Part shown: one piece after another, positions 19,854-29,876 of the stretch
How positions within the stretch are numbered: position 1 is the stretch's first letter
How the letters are laid out: each line of letters opens with the position of its first letter
NCBI GenBank assembly: GCA_964541895.1
Contig: CAZISM010000002.1
Location: forward strand, 74,408-138,407
Length of the DNA stretch: 64,000 nt
Source: an uncultured Cytophagia bacterium
GTDB taxonomy: Bacteria > Zhuqueibacterota > Zhuqueibacteria > Residuimicrobiales > Residuimicrobiaceae
Direction of reading: 5' to 3'
Program-made: the position numbers and the translations under genes
The notes under the pieces: model-generated
Seen by the model: the letters and a program-made list of their open reading frames with translations, nothing else
The model's database searches: none
Told to the model about the DNA's origin: nothing

Positions 19854-20948
19854 ATGATGATCCGATACCTGTGTGCTGTTTTTGCCGGCCTGTATCTGGC
19901 TGTCCCATGCCGGGGTGGCGGCCACGTTAAAGCGGCTGAACAGCAGAACCAGGCCTTTGAACGATGTGACCTCGCCCGCATCCGGGCCGGGGCGTTGGCC
20001 TATAGCCAGGCGTTATCTCTGCCCGCTCACGGGTACGGCGCCTATCGTTCACCACAGACGGCGGAGCCGAACATGTACGCGTCTTGCGATGTGGCCATTA
20101 TGCGCACGGTCATGGGTGAAGATTTGCACAGCATTCTTGCACCTGAACAGCGTGAACAGTGGATTAACCACATCAACTCTTATGCCGGGCCGGATGGCAC
20201 TTATCAACGCTATACCCATCACTCGCTCGAGCATGCCAACGGCATGGTTATCGGCGCTTTGGGCGTGCTGGGCGGGCGACAGAAATACAGCGTTCGTCTC
20301 TACGACGCTTTTGATACGCCGGAGAAGGTTGCCGCCTGGCTGGAAAAAATCAATTGGCGCGAACAATGGAGCGGTTCGCATCTGTTCTGGGGCGGTATGC
20401 ACGTCTTCAGCATGAGCCGTCGCTGTACTGAACAGTGGCGTAAAACGGTTTTTGACTGGTTGGATGCCAATCTCGACCCGGAAACCGGCTGGTGGCGTAA
20501 GGGAGTGCGGCACAGCCGTTCTTTTGACGCGTTGGGCGGCGGCGCTCATATCTGGCCGATCTATCAGCATCATGGCCGGCGATTTCCTTTTCCGGAAAGA
20601 GTCATCGACAGCATCCTGGCCATGCAACAATCGGACGGCAGTTGGCTCCAGTATGGCAGCTACATGGAACTGGATGCCCTGTATGGGCTTGCCTATATGA
20701 GTTCATTGGCCCCAACTTATCGCAGACAAGAGATCCTAAAAGCGGTAGCCAAGCACGGTCGCGGTCTGAACAAGGCCTGGCCGGCTTTTCTCAGCCGCAA
20801 GCCGGATCTGCACGTGCTGCTTGGTGCCGTAGGCGCCTTTGGGTTGCTGCAGCAGTGGCTTCCCGACATCTATTATGACAACGTGAACTGGACCGACATC
20901 TTTAGCGATAAACGGTTTTATCAAACCGGAGCGGTCGAGAGGTTATAG
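19854..20948 (+). CDS. hypothetical secreted protein with a terpenoid-cyclase/prenyltransferase-type QW-like motif (alpha/alpha toroid?)
   Basis: 364 aa. Signal-like N-terminus. AMQQSDGSWLQYGS resembles the Q-x-x-D-G-[GS]-W repeat of alpha/alpha-toroid proteins. Otherwise unassigned. Confidence 0.35.
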   Translation: MMIRYLCAVFAGLYLAVPCRGGGHVKAAEQQNQAFERCDLARIRAGALAYSQALSLPAHGYGAYRSPQTAEPNMYASCDVAIMRTVMGEDLHSILAPEQREQWINHINSYAGPDGTYQRYTHHSLEHANGMVIGALGVLGGRQKYSVRLYDAFDTPEKVAAWLEKINWREQWSGSHLFWGGMHVFSMSRRCTEQWRKTVFDWLDANLDPETGWWRKGVRHSRSFDALGGGAHIWPIYQHHGRRFPFPERVIDSILAMQQSDGSWLQYGSYMELDALYGLAYMSSLAPTYRRQEILKAVAKHGRGLNKAWPAFLSRKPDLHVLLGAVGAFGLLQQWLPDIYYDNVNWTDIFSDKRFYQTGAVERL

Positions 20949-21045
20949 AGATGAAAGTCCGAGTTAAATTCCCGGCTTTGCGAAATTCCGAAATTATTAT
21001 ATTGTGCGGCAAATAGCTTCTCTGTCGAACTGTTCAGGAGGTCCT

Positions 21046-23046
21046 ATGCGCACCATTCTTTTCGTGCTCTTGTGCCTATTCATTCCAGTGCAACGGCTGA
21101 GCGCTCAACCCGTGATCGTGCCGTCTCCAGATGGCCAGAGCACGGTAACAGCCGGCATTGACAACAGCGGCCAACTTTTCTACTCTGTGAAATACCACGA
21201 TAAATCGGTTCTTCTTGATTCTCCGTTTGACCTGCAGTTTGAAAACATGCCGGCATTGAAAAATAATCTTTCTATTAAAAACGTCACTCAACAGACAATT
21301 AAAGAACGTTGGCAAAGGGTCTGGGGCAAGCGTAAAAACGTTTTCAATCAGTGCAATGAAACGATTATACACCTTGAAGAAAAGCAAGCTCCGTTTCGGC
21401 GTCTGGATTTTATTGTGCGTGCGTATAACGACGCCGTTGCTTTGCGTTATTTTCTGCCGGCGCAAAAATCGCTGACCGATTTCACGTTGACCGCTGAACG
21501 TCTGCTGTTTCGTTTCAGCGGCAATCATACCTGCTGGGCTGCTAATTATAAAGGCTATGCCACACACCAGGAGTCGGAATTCGACCAAACCAGAATTGCC
21601 GACCTGATACCCGCCACGCCCTATGGCTGTCCGTTGCTTGTCAAAGTCGACGAGTCTGTTTGGGTAGCGCTCACCGAAGCCAATTTAACCGACTGGGCCG
21701 GCATGTATCTCAGTGCGGCAGGCCATCAGCCCAATACGCTGGTGACCGCCCTTGCCCCTTGGTACGATAATCCTTCTGTTCTGGTCAAATCGGCCACACC
21801 ACGCCATTCGCCGTGGCGCGTCATCATGATCGCCGATCGTCCGGGTGCCTTCCTGGAATCGGATATCATCCAGAATCTCAACGAACCCTGCGAGATCAAG
21901 GACACGTCCTGGATAACGCCCGGCAAGTCGGCCTGGGATCGCTGGTGGTGTGGAGATTACCTGCCGGACGCCACGTTTAAGATTGGCATGAATAACGAGA
22001 CCATGAAATACTTTATCGACTTTGCCGCTGAAATGGGCTGGCCGTATCAACTGGTGGACTGGCAGTGGTACGGCGAACCCTTTGATCCGGTGCTGGGTAG
22101 CCGATATATGAATTCCAAGGCTGATCTTACCAGATCCATTCCGGAAGTGGATGTGCCGGCCCTGGTGAAATACGCAGCAGCCAAAGGCGTCAAGCTTCTT
22201 CTTTGGCTGGAATGGAATGCGGTGGACCGGCAAATGGATCGGGCTTTTCCGCTGTATGAAAAATGGGGCGTGGCTGGCGTGAAAATCGATTTTATGGCGC
22301 GCGACGATCAGTATATGGTCAATTTTTATCAACGTTGTGTGAAAAAAGCGGCAGAACATCATCTGGTGGTTGACTTTCACGGCGCCTACAAACCCACCGG
22401 CTGGAGTCGCACCTACCCCAATGTAATCGCCCGCGAAGGCATCCTGGGCAATGAATATAATAAATGGAGCGATCGCGTTACGCCCGACCACTGCCTGACC
22501 GTGCCGTTCACCAGAGGTATGCTGGGTGAGATGGATTTTACGCCAGGCGGATTCCGGCAAAAAAGCAAAGAGACGTTTCGCATAGTGGGGGGAGACGCAC
22601 CCGGACCTTTTGTCATGGGTACACGTTGTTTCCAACTGGCCATGATGGTTGTCTATGAAAGCGCATTGCAGGTGTTGTGTGATTCTCCGTATAATTATCG
22701 ATCCAGTCCGGCTGGATTGGATTTTCTCAAAATTGTGCCCACAACCTGGGATGACACAAAAGTTATTCACGGACAAGTAGGAGATTTCATTACCGTGGCG
22801 CGTCGCAGCGGCGATACCTGGTATCTCGGCAGTATGACAGACTGGAGTGCGCGACATCTTGATATCCCCCTCACCTTTCTCGGTCCGGGGCGCTACAAGG
22901 CGGAAATCTGGATGGATGGCTGGGAAGCGGCGGACTATCCGGACCGGCTGATAAAGGCGGAGAAAACTGTGACCGCCGCGGATGTCCTTACTGCAGAAAT
23001 GGCTTCCGCAGGCGGTCAGGTGGTGATCATTAGGCCCGTGCGATGA
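21046..23046 (+). CDS. glycoside hydrolase family 97 (alpha-glucosidase/alpha-galactosidase, SusB-like), secreted
   Basis: ORF 21004..23046. ATG 21046 is preceded by GGAGG and followed by the signal peptide MRTILFVLLCLFIPVQRLSA. SPDGQSTVTAG...LFYSVKYHDKSVLLDSPFDLQF matches the GH97 N-terminal domain. WGVAGVKIDFMARDDQ matches the catalytic-barrel block. Confidence 0.8.
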   Translation: MRTILFVLLCLFIPVQRLSAQPVIVPSPDGQSTVTAGIDNSGQLFYSVKYHDKSVLLDSPFDLQFENMPALKNNLSIKNVTQQTIKERWQRVWGKRKNVFNQCNETIIHLEEKQAPFRRLDFIVRAYNDAVALRYFLPAQKSLTDFTLTAERLLFRFSGNHTCWAANYKGYATHQESEFDQTRIADLIPATPYGCPLLVKVDESVWVALTEANLTDWAGMYLSAAGHQPNTLVTALAPWYDNPSVLVKSATPRHSPWRVIMIADRPGAFLESDIIQNLNEPCEIKDTSWITPGKSAWDRWWCGDYLPDATFKIGMNNETMKYFIDFAAEMGWPYQLVDWQWYGEPFDPVLGSRYMNSKADLTRSIPEVDVPALVKYAAAKGVKLLLWLEWNAVDRQMDRAFPLYEKWGVAGVKIDFMARDDQYMVNFYQRCVKKAAEHHLVVDFHGAYKPTGWSRTYPNVIAREGILGNEYNKWSDRVTPDHCLTVPFTRGMLGEMDFTPGGFRQKSKETFRIVGGDAPGPFVMGTRCFQLAMMVVYESALQVLCDSPYNYRSSPAGLDFLKIVPTTWDDTKVIHGQVGDFITVARRSGDTWYLGSMTDWSARHLDIPLTFLGPGRYKAEIWMDGWEAADYPDRLIKAEKTVTAADVLTAEMASAGGQVVIIRPVR

Positions 23047-23077
23047 TTCCTGCTGGCCAATTTAGTAATGGAGTGGT

Positions 23078-24451
23078 GTGAAGAATCCAGGTACATGTAT
23101 CATCAAGGTTGTTGTCGCAGCAACTATCCTGCAGTCGGTACACGAGGCCCAGGCCGGCCAGACCGCAACAGATCTGCAATTGGCAGCCGAGTTCGGTGAG
23201 GGGATGGTCCTGCAGCGCCAATCGGATTGCCCGATCTGGGGTATGGCTTCCCCATCCGAGCGTCTCAAGCTGTCCTTCAGAGGCCGTGATTACAGGGCAG
23301 TGGCCAATACCGCGGGACGATGGCTGATAAAAGTCAAAGCAGGCGACCCCGGAGGTCCCTTTTCGTTGTTCATAGAGGGTCATCAACGGATACATATAAA
23401 TAGGGTATGGGTAGGGGACGTCTGGCTCGTGTCAGGGCAGTCAAACGCCGCCCAGGCGGCCGAGTTTTCGCCGGCAATAAATGCGCAAGCTGTGCATTTC
23501 TTTATCGCAACGGATTCGACGCCCCAGGACGGAGGCCAGCGCTGGAGCACGAGCGGCAAAATTTCCATGCTCGCCTGGCATTTGGGCTACGAACTCTATT
23601 CACGCTTACATGTGCCGATAGGCATCATCGTCTGTGCTGTTGGTGGCACCAGTGTCGAACAATGGAAACCAGGACCTGACCCTGATGCGCACAATGCCGG
23701 CCCGGGGGGTGGGCTGGGCGAAGCCGGGGGCCTTTATGAGCGCTGGATCAAACCGCTGCAGCCGTATCGCATCAAGGGTGTTGCCTGGTGGCAGGGCGAA
23801 TCCAATTCTAATAATTGCGCAACCTATTGCGAAAAATTCTGTTCATTGGTTAAAATATGGCGCCAAGATTGGGCAGACTCGGACCTGCCTTTTATCTGGG
23901 TACAATTGCAGCGGATTAATCGGCAGGGACCGGAGTATTGGATCACGATTGGCGATGCCCGGGCTGCCATCGCGGATGCTCAGCGCCGCGCCTTGTCTTT
24001 GCCGCACACCGCCATGGCGGTTACCTATGATGTCAGCGAAGGTGATTTGCATCCATCTCTGGCAGAGAAAAAGATCATCGCTGACCGTGTCGCAATGGCC
24101 GCGGCGGCTCTTGCCTATGGATCCGCGGCGGAAGGATCCGGTCCACTCCCGATCAAGGCGTTTCGCCGTGGCAGGAACATTGTTATCCGCTTCCGGCATG
24201 GCAAAGGGTTGCATGCTCGGGAGAATGTAACCACACCGTCGCAGGTATTGTGCGGTTTCCAAGTGCGGGCCGCCGAAGGGCTGTTTATACCTGCTGCTGC
24301 ACAATTGTCAGGGGAAAATGTGCTCATACCGATTGCCAATAAAAAAGGTCCCTTTTGGGTGCGCTTTGCCTGGGGACCGATGCCGGTCGCGAATCTGTAC
24401 AACAGCGCCGGTTTGCCGGCAGCGACGTTTGAGATGATGGTGGAGGAGTGA
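23078..24451 (+). CDS. SGNH/SASA-family carbohydrate esterase (sialate O-acetylesterase-like)
   Basis: 457 aa. Signal peptide. VWVGDVWLVSGQSNA (the GQSN catalytic-Ser block of SASA/DUF303) and the later WWQGESNS block fit sialate-O-acetylesterase-type esterases. Confidence 0.65.
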   Translation: MKNPGTCIIKVVVAATILQSVHEAQAGQTATDLQLAAEFGEGMVLQRQSDCPIWGMASPSERLKLSFRGRDYRAVANTAGRWLIKVKAGDPGGPFSLFIEGHQRIHINRVWVGDVWLVSGQSNAAQAAEFSPAINAQAVHFFIATDSTPQDGGQRWSTSGKISMLAWHLGYELYSRLHVPIGIIVCAVGGTSVEQWKPGPDPDAHNAGPGGGLGEAGGLYERWIKPLQPYRIKGVAWWQGESNSNNCATYCEKFCSLVKIWRQDWADSDLPFIWVQLQRINRQGPEYWITIGDARAAIADAQRRALSLPHTAMAVTYDVSEGDLHPSLAEKKIIADRVAMAAAALAYGSAAEGSGPLPIKAFRRGRNIVIRFRHGKGLHARENVTTPSQVLCGFQVRAAEGLFIPAAAQLSGENVLIPIANKKGPFWVRFAWGPMPVANLYNSAGLPAATFEMMVEE

Positions 24452-24728
24452 CTGACGAAATACAATTTTCATAAGCAAGATGTGAACATGTCCGCCGAAA
24501 CCGGACGGGATTCAATGCATAACCCGGATAAACCGGAACCTATAAGCTAACACCACAATTTCCGCGCGCAGGGCGCAGAGCGATCATTTTTTAGTAGCTA
24601 CCACGACAAAAATGCATAAGCCTTATTACCTTATTCCCAATTGAGTGATAGCAATGGTCGAACCGTCTCGCTTCGGCACCATATAAACAAAGATCGCTCA
24701 GTTCCGCACAAATCATTTGGAGGCAACG

Positions 24729-25760
24729 ATGGCTGGAGAGTTCAGATTTTCATTCGGGCCGTGGAATATCCATGAAGGCGCCGATCCTTTTGGCCCCGCA
24801 GTCCGCAAGCCTGTCGAGTTTACCGCGAAACTCGCCATGTACAAGGAACTAGGCTTTGATGCCGTTCAGTTTCATGATGATGATGCGGTGCCGAATCTTG
24901 ATTCTTTGACCGGCCTACAAACAGTCAAAGCGGCGGCGGATCTGAAAAAGCTCCTTGACGATAACGGCCTTGCAGCCGAATTTGTGGCCCCGCGCCTTTG
25001 GCAAGATCCAAGAACGGTCGATGGCGCCTATACGTCCAACGACCCGGCCTGCCGGAAGTATGCGATGGAAAGAAGCATAAAGTCCATCGACATCGCCAAA
25101 GCGCTTGGCACCGACCTGTTGGTGCTCTGGCTGGCCAGAGAAGGAACCTATATCCGTGAAGCCAAGGATAGCAAGGTGGCGGTAGACCGGCTTGTTGAAG
25201 CGATAAACACCATGCTGGAATACGATCCGAAGGTCAGAATCTGCATCGAACCGAAACCCAACGAGCCGATGGATCATGCGTACATACCCACCGCCGGTCA
25301 TGCCATCGCGCTCGGACTGCTGACAAAAGACCATAGCCGCGTCGGAGTCAATATCGAGAGCGCCCATGCCATCCTGGCCGGTCTTGATCCTTCGGATGAA
25401 ATGGGTTTCGCGCTTGCGCATGGAAAACTCTGGACGGTTCATCTCAACGACCAGAACGGACTCAAATTCGATGAGGACAAGGCTTTTGGTGCGGTGGACC
25501 TTAGAAGAGCTTTTAATCAGGTGCGCATTCTCGATAAGCATAATTTCGGCAAAAAGGGAGAATGGGTAGGCCTTGATGTAAAAGCCATGCGCACACAACA
25601 CGACGAGACGGCCAGCAAACACCTGTCCAACAGCCGGACCATATTTCTCCGCTTGCTGGAAATTTCGCGGAATATCGATGATGCCGGGATAGAAGAATAT
25701 GTAACTAACCGCGATTACGAAGCGCTCGAAATGTATATAATCAGACATCTTATCGGCTAA
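24729..25760 (+). CDS. xylA: xylose isomerase, class I (short actinobacterial/Thermus type)
   Basis: ORF 24717 (TTG)..25760. The ATG at 24729 has GGAGG 6 nt upstream. Near-collinear similarity to class-I XylA: FSFGPWNIHEGADPFG, VQFHDDDAVP (His/Asp of FHDDD), ICIEPKPNEP, IESAHAILAG, WTVHLNDQNGLKFDEDKAFGAVDLRRAF (metal-binding DxD). Confidence 0.8.
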   Translation: MAGEFRFSFGPWNIHEGADPFGPAVRKPVEFTAKLAMYKELGFDAVQFHDDDAVPNLDSLTGLQTVKAAADLKKLLDDNGLAAEFVAPRLWQDPRTVDGAYTSNDPACRKYAMERSIKSIDIAKALGTDLLVLWLAREGTYIREAKDSKVAVDRLVEAINTMLEYDPKVRICIEPKPNEPMDHAYIPTAGHAIALGLLTKDHSRVGVNIESAHAILAGLDPSDEMGFALAHGKLWTVHLNDQNGLKFDEDKAFGAVDLRRAFNQVRILDKHNFGKKGEWVGLDVKAMRTQHDETASKHLSNSRTIFLRLLEISRNIDDAGIEEYVTNRDYEALEMYIIRHLIG

Positions 25761-25777
25761 ACACATTTCCTGTTACG

Positions 25778-27598
25778 ATGGAGTGGCTCAATATGAAAAT
25801 CGATTCCAGCTCCCCTGAAATAGAGAATGCAACGCGGCGTAATTTTCTCAAGCAGGTAAGCCTGGGCACGACGGCTGCCGTGGTCGGTTTGAATACCGAC
25901 GAAGGGCTGGCCCAATCGCCGGCGGAACAAGAGACCGGCAAAGCGAACCAGGGTCGCAAACAAGCTTCTGCCCGGCGTGCAAAGCAAAGCAACCGTCCCA
26001 ATATCATTTTTATCATGGCCGATCAGCTGGGTGCCCGCTTTGTCGGCTGCTATGGCAGCGGCGTCGATTCCACGCCCACCCTCGACCGCCTGGCACGCGA
26101 AGGGCTGCGTTTCGACCGATTTTATGCATCGGCGCCGGTGTGCGCTCCCAACCGGGCCAGTATCCTGACCGGACGTTCGCCGGAGATCCACGGCATCGTC
26201 ACCAATAACCTGGCCCTGCAGAGTGATAATCCCACCTTTGCCCATCTGCTCCGGGAGGAAGGGTATCGCACCGCCATGTTCGGCAAGATTCATCAGACGC
26301 CGATGCAATGGGAACCGGCCATGGATCTCGATCATCTTGGATTCGACGAACATCAGGTCTGTGAAGATCCCCGCTGGGGACCCTACATCGACTGGGTGAA
26401 AAAAAACCATCCCCGATATTATGACATCGCTCTGGCCACTACCAATGCTCACTCGGGGACGGTGGTCGCCACCAATCCGTTTGAAACCCAACAGGGGGCC
26501 TCTGCCGAACAGGTGCGCATCAAGAAGGAGGCCTTTGCAAAATACATGCAGCCGCGCCTGGACGCCTCAGAGTGGGAGCGCATGTATGTCTCGCCTCTGC
26601 CGGTGGAAATACACGACACCACCTATATAACCGAATGCAGCCTCGATTTTCTCAAGCGGGCTTCTGCCGACCAGCCATTTCTTTGTCACATCTCTTATGT
26701 CGATCCGCATGATCCTTACGAACCGTCTGAACCGTATGCGTCTATGTATGACCCTGAAAAGATGCCTGACGCGTTGCCGGCTGAATGGGTCGATAAAGGC
26801 CCTAAAACACTGGAACAGGTGCGTGACGGATATTTGCATTTTCGCAAGATCTGCGATAAGCCGGCGGCGGTGCGCAAGCTGCGGGCCCTGTATCACGGAT
26901 CGATCCGCCAGATCGATGATCAGATCGGCCGTCTGGTGGCGTATCTGAAAGAGACCGGCCTGTGGGAAAACACCATTATTGTTTTCACCACCGATCACGG
27001 TGAAATGATGGGCGATCATGGCCTGATCGCCAAAGGGTTACCCCATTATGACACCGGCATCCGCTGCCCGCTGATTGTCGCCGGCGGACCGGTGCGGAAC
27101 AGAGGGGCGATGGCGCAGTTGTCATGCTCGCTGGATCTGTTCCCGACCTTGTGTGATTGGGCCGGCGTCGAGAATCAACCGCCGCACGAAGGCCGCTCCT
27201 TTGCCGCACTCACTGCAACCGACGGCAAAACGCCGGGCTGGCCGGAAATCGCGGTCTCCATCGGCAACGTCGATTCCGTGATCACGGAGGACGGCTGGCG
27301 GTTAACGCGCTACTCCGGCTCCAATGAAGGCCAGATGTTCTGCCTCAAACAGGATCCAGACGAGCGCCATGACCTCTACCATGATCCGAAATATGTGGAT
27401 AAGAAAGTGGAGCTGCTGGAACGCCTGGTCAAGGTGCGCACGCAACCGCGTATCCTGGAACAATACCGCAACCTGCCGGTCCGGGACGGACGCAAGTGGG
27501 ATCCCAACGCCCATGAAACAACCTGGCCGTTGATTCCGCTCACGCCCTCGCCCTGGCTCGAGAAGGCGGCTAAACCCGCCTGGCATGGCACTGATTAA
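25778..27598 (+). CDS. sulfatase (Cys-type) with twin-arginine signal
   Basis: 606 aa. Tat motif TRRNFLKQVSLGTTAAVVG. PNIIFIMADQLG...CAPNRASILTGR (C-x-P-x-R). IVFTTDHGEMMGDHG. Confidence 0.85.
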   Translation: MEWLNMKIDSSSPEIENATRRNFLKQVSLGTTAAVVGLNTDEGLAQSPAEQETGKANQGRKQASARRAKQSNRPNIIFIMADQLGARFVGCYGSGVDSTPTLDRLAREGLRFDRFYASAPVCAPNRASILTGRSPEIHGIVTNNLALQSDNPTFAHLLREEGYRTAMFGKIHQTPMQWEPAMDLDHLGFDEHQVCEDPRWGPYIDWVKKNHPRYYDIALATTNAHSGTVVATNPFETQQGASAEQVRIKKEAFAKYMQPRLDASEWERMYVSPLPVEIHDTTYITECSLDFLKRASADQPFLCHISYVDPHDPYEPSEPYASMYDPEKMPDALPAEWVDKGPKTLEQVRDGYLHFRKICDKPAAVRKLRALYHGSIRQIDDQIGRLVAYLKETGLWENTIIVFTTDHGEMMGDHGLIAKGLPHYDTGIRCPLIVAGGPVRNRGAMAQLSCSLDLFPTLCDWAGVENQPPHEGRSFAALTATDGKTPGWPEIAVSIGNVDSVITEDGWRLTRYSGSNEGQMFCLKQDPDERHDLYHDPKYVDKKVELLERLVKVRTQPRILEQYRNLPVRDGRKWDPNAHETTWPLIPLTPSPWLEKAAKPAWHGTD

Positions 27599-27653
27599 AG
27601 TGTTCGCAGCCGGATGCATTTGACCAAAACATTTTCGCCAGGAGGAGAACGGT

Positions 27654-29849
27654 ATGTTCAGAGACTGCTTGATTTCTTTGCTGTTTATTTTGTTAGGCCT
27701 CCCTATTTTCAGTGTTTTGCAAGCCATGGAAAACAAGCCATTCTCCGTTGATAAAGAAGGCTTGAGCATTCGCTTCGAGTTTTTCAAGGACCATCTGCGG
27801 CAGCGCACCCTGTTGCCTGCTGGCATGAATTTGCCGGATACCCTGGCGCCCATGCAGGACATTACCGACATAGAAGTGGCCTTGCATGTCACCGGGCTGG
27901 ATCGCCTCGGCCGCAAACGAATCGGCGGACAACCCGGGACGCGCTTGATCTTTAACGGCATGTCGGAGCAACGAACCGACAAAGGCACGCAGGTGACTCT
28001 GACACAATTCGACCCGGAAACCAAGCTGAAAGTGGAATCTCTATACCTGTTTTTTCATGATACGCCTGTTATTCGTCGCTGTACGCGAGTGACCAACGAA
28101 GGTAAAAACGAACAGGGCCTCGAGTATGTCAGTTCGGTCATGCTGAACAATTATGGTGATCTGGGATCGGGCTCTGTCGAAGAAAAGCTGGTGGTCCATT
28201 GGGCCCACAACAGCTGGTTTGCCGAAGGTCAATGGCATGCTTCAGCGCCTTCCGAATTGGGATGGGCTGAGAACCGGTTTCATCAACTTTCCGGAATATC
28301 CCTGCAGAATCTCGGCTCCTGGTCGACCGTGCGATATTTGCCCATGGCGATGATCGAAAATCGCAGTATCGGCGTCACCTGGTTCTGGCAAATCGAGCAT
28401 AACGGCTCCTGGTTTTGGGAAATGTCCGATTCCAAATCAGCGTATGACATGAAAAGCAACCATATCACCATGGCCAATGCAGGAACCTACCTGTATGTCG
28501 GCGGTCCGGATGAGGAAACCGGCCAAGCCTGGAAAAGGTTAAAGCCGGGGGAATCGTATGTCACGGTGCCTGTGGCTATCGGTTGTGTCAGAGGCGGTTT
28601 TGGTGAAGGCGTGGCGGCGCTCACGGCATACCGGCGCATGGCCTGTTTGCAGCCGCATCCGGACAACAGGGATTGCCCCGTGGTCTTTAATGATTATATG
28701 AATTGTCTCATGGCCGATCCGACTACTGAAAAACTGATTCCGGTGATCGATGCCGCTGCCAGAGCGGGCGCTCATTATTTTATGATCGATGCCGGCTGGT
28801 ACGGCGAGCTCAACGAAAACTGGTGGGTCTCGCGCGGCCTGTATTTGCCCTCTAAAACCCGTTTCAAAGACGGACTGCAAGCCGTTCTGGACTATATTCG
28901 AGCGCGCGGGATGGTCCCTGGCCTGTGGCTGGAGATTGAAAATCCGGGTATGAATTCTCCGCTCAAAACAAAGCCGGATGACTGGTTTTTCATTCGTCAC
29001 GGAAAACGGGTAACCGAAAGCGGCAGCAATATCCTGGATTTTCGTAATCCCGAGGTGCGCCGCTATGCCGACGAAATTGTCGATCGACTGGTGCAGCAGT
29101 ACAAGGTCGGTTATATAAAGATCGATTACAATGTCAATGCGCTCATGGGTACAGAATACAAAGCCGACAGCCCGGGCCAGGGATTGCTGGAACACAACCG
29201 GGCCTTTTTGAATTGGCTTGATCATGTGTACAAGCGTTTCCCGAACCTGACCATCGAGAATTGCGGCAGCGGCGGCTGCCGTATGGACTATGCCATGCTG
29301 TCGCGCAATCAGGTGCAATCCTCCAGCGATCAGATGGACTATCGCAAATATCCTTCGATTATCACCGGTTGTTTTGCCGCGGTTCTGCCGGAGCAACTGG
29401 CCGCCTGGTCCTATCCGCTGGCAGAAGCCGATGCAGATCAGGCCTCTTTCAACATGATCGGTGCCATGATGGGACGTATGCACCTGAGCGGCCGCATCGA
29501 CCGTCTGGCGGAACAGAGTTTTAGCGTGGTGCAAAACGGCGTGTCGGTTTATAAAAAGGAGATTCAACCGATTGTTCCGTCTGCTGTGCCCTTTTTCCCC
29601 TTGGGCATGTCGGCTTTGGCTGATGACGTTGCACCCGTTGCCCTGGGCTTGAACCATGCGAGCAAGAACATCATCGCGGTGTGGCGGCTCAACGGCAAAC
29701 CGGTGATCCGCATTCCCAACGTTTATGATGGTGAGGCGAAATTACTTTATCCTGTTGAGCTGGATATTCGCATTGACCAAAGCGGTCGTGATCTGCTGGT
29801 CATGTTTCCACGACCCTATATGGGCGCCATTATTGAAATTCGACACTAA
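27654..29849 (+). CDS. glycoside hydrolase family 36 alpha-galactosidase-like, secreted
   Basis: 731 aa. Signal peptide. Catalytic-barrel blocks HYFMIDAGWYGEL (cf. the GH36 VLDDGWF block), GLWLEIE and GYIKIDYNVN (cf. GH36 nucleophile block YLKWDMN), CGSGGCRMD. Confidence 0.7.
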   Translation: MFRDCLISLLFILLGLPIFSVLQAMENKPFSVDKEGLSIRFEFFKDHLRQRTLLPAGMNLPDTLAPMQDITDIEVALHVTGLDRLGRKRIGGQPGTRLIFNGMSEQRTDKGTQVTLTQFDPETKLKVESLYLFFHDTPVIRRCTRVTNEGKNEQGLEYVSSVMLNNYGDLGSGSVEEKLVVHWAHNSWFAEGQWHASAPSELGWAENRFHQLSGISLQNLGSWSTVRYLPMAMIENRSIGVTWFWQIEHNGSWFWEMSDSKSAYDMKSNHITMANAGTYLYVGGPDEETGQAWKRLKPGESYVTVPVAIGCVRGGFGEGVAALTAYRRMACLQPHPDNRDCPVVFNDYMNCLMADPTTEKLIPVIDAAARAGAHYFMIDAGWYGELNENWWVSRGLYLPSKTRFKDGLQAVLDYIRARGMVPGLWLEIENPGMNSPLKTKPDDWFFIRHGKRVTESGSNILDFRNPEVRRYADEIVDRLVQQYKVGYIKIDYNVNALMGTEYKADSPGQGLLEHNRAFLNWLDHVYKRFPNLTIENCGSGGCRMDYAMLSRNQVQSSSDQMDYRKYPSIITGCFAAVLPEQLAAWSYPLAEADADQASFNMIGAMMGRMHLSGRIDRLAEQSFSVVQNGVSVYKKEIQPIVPSAVPFFPLGMSALADDVAPVALGLNHASKNIIAVWRLNGKPVIRIPNVYDGEAKLLYPVELDIRIDQSGRDLLVMFPRPYMGAIIEIRH

Positions 29850-29876
29850 ACCTATTGCAGTAAAGGAGAAGATCGT

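Noticed and set aside
21685-22857. 390-aa minus-strand ORF
   Set aside because: Antisense to the GH97 gene, whose family hallmarks are clear. Shadow ORF.
28539-29657. 372-aa minus-strand ORF
   Set aside because: Antisense to the GH36 gene. No recognisable domain.
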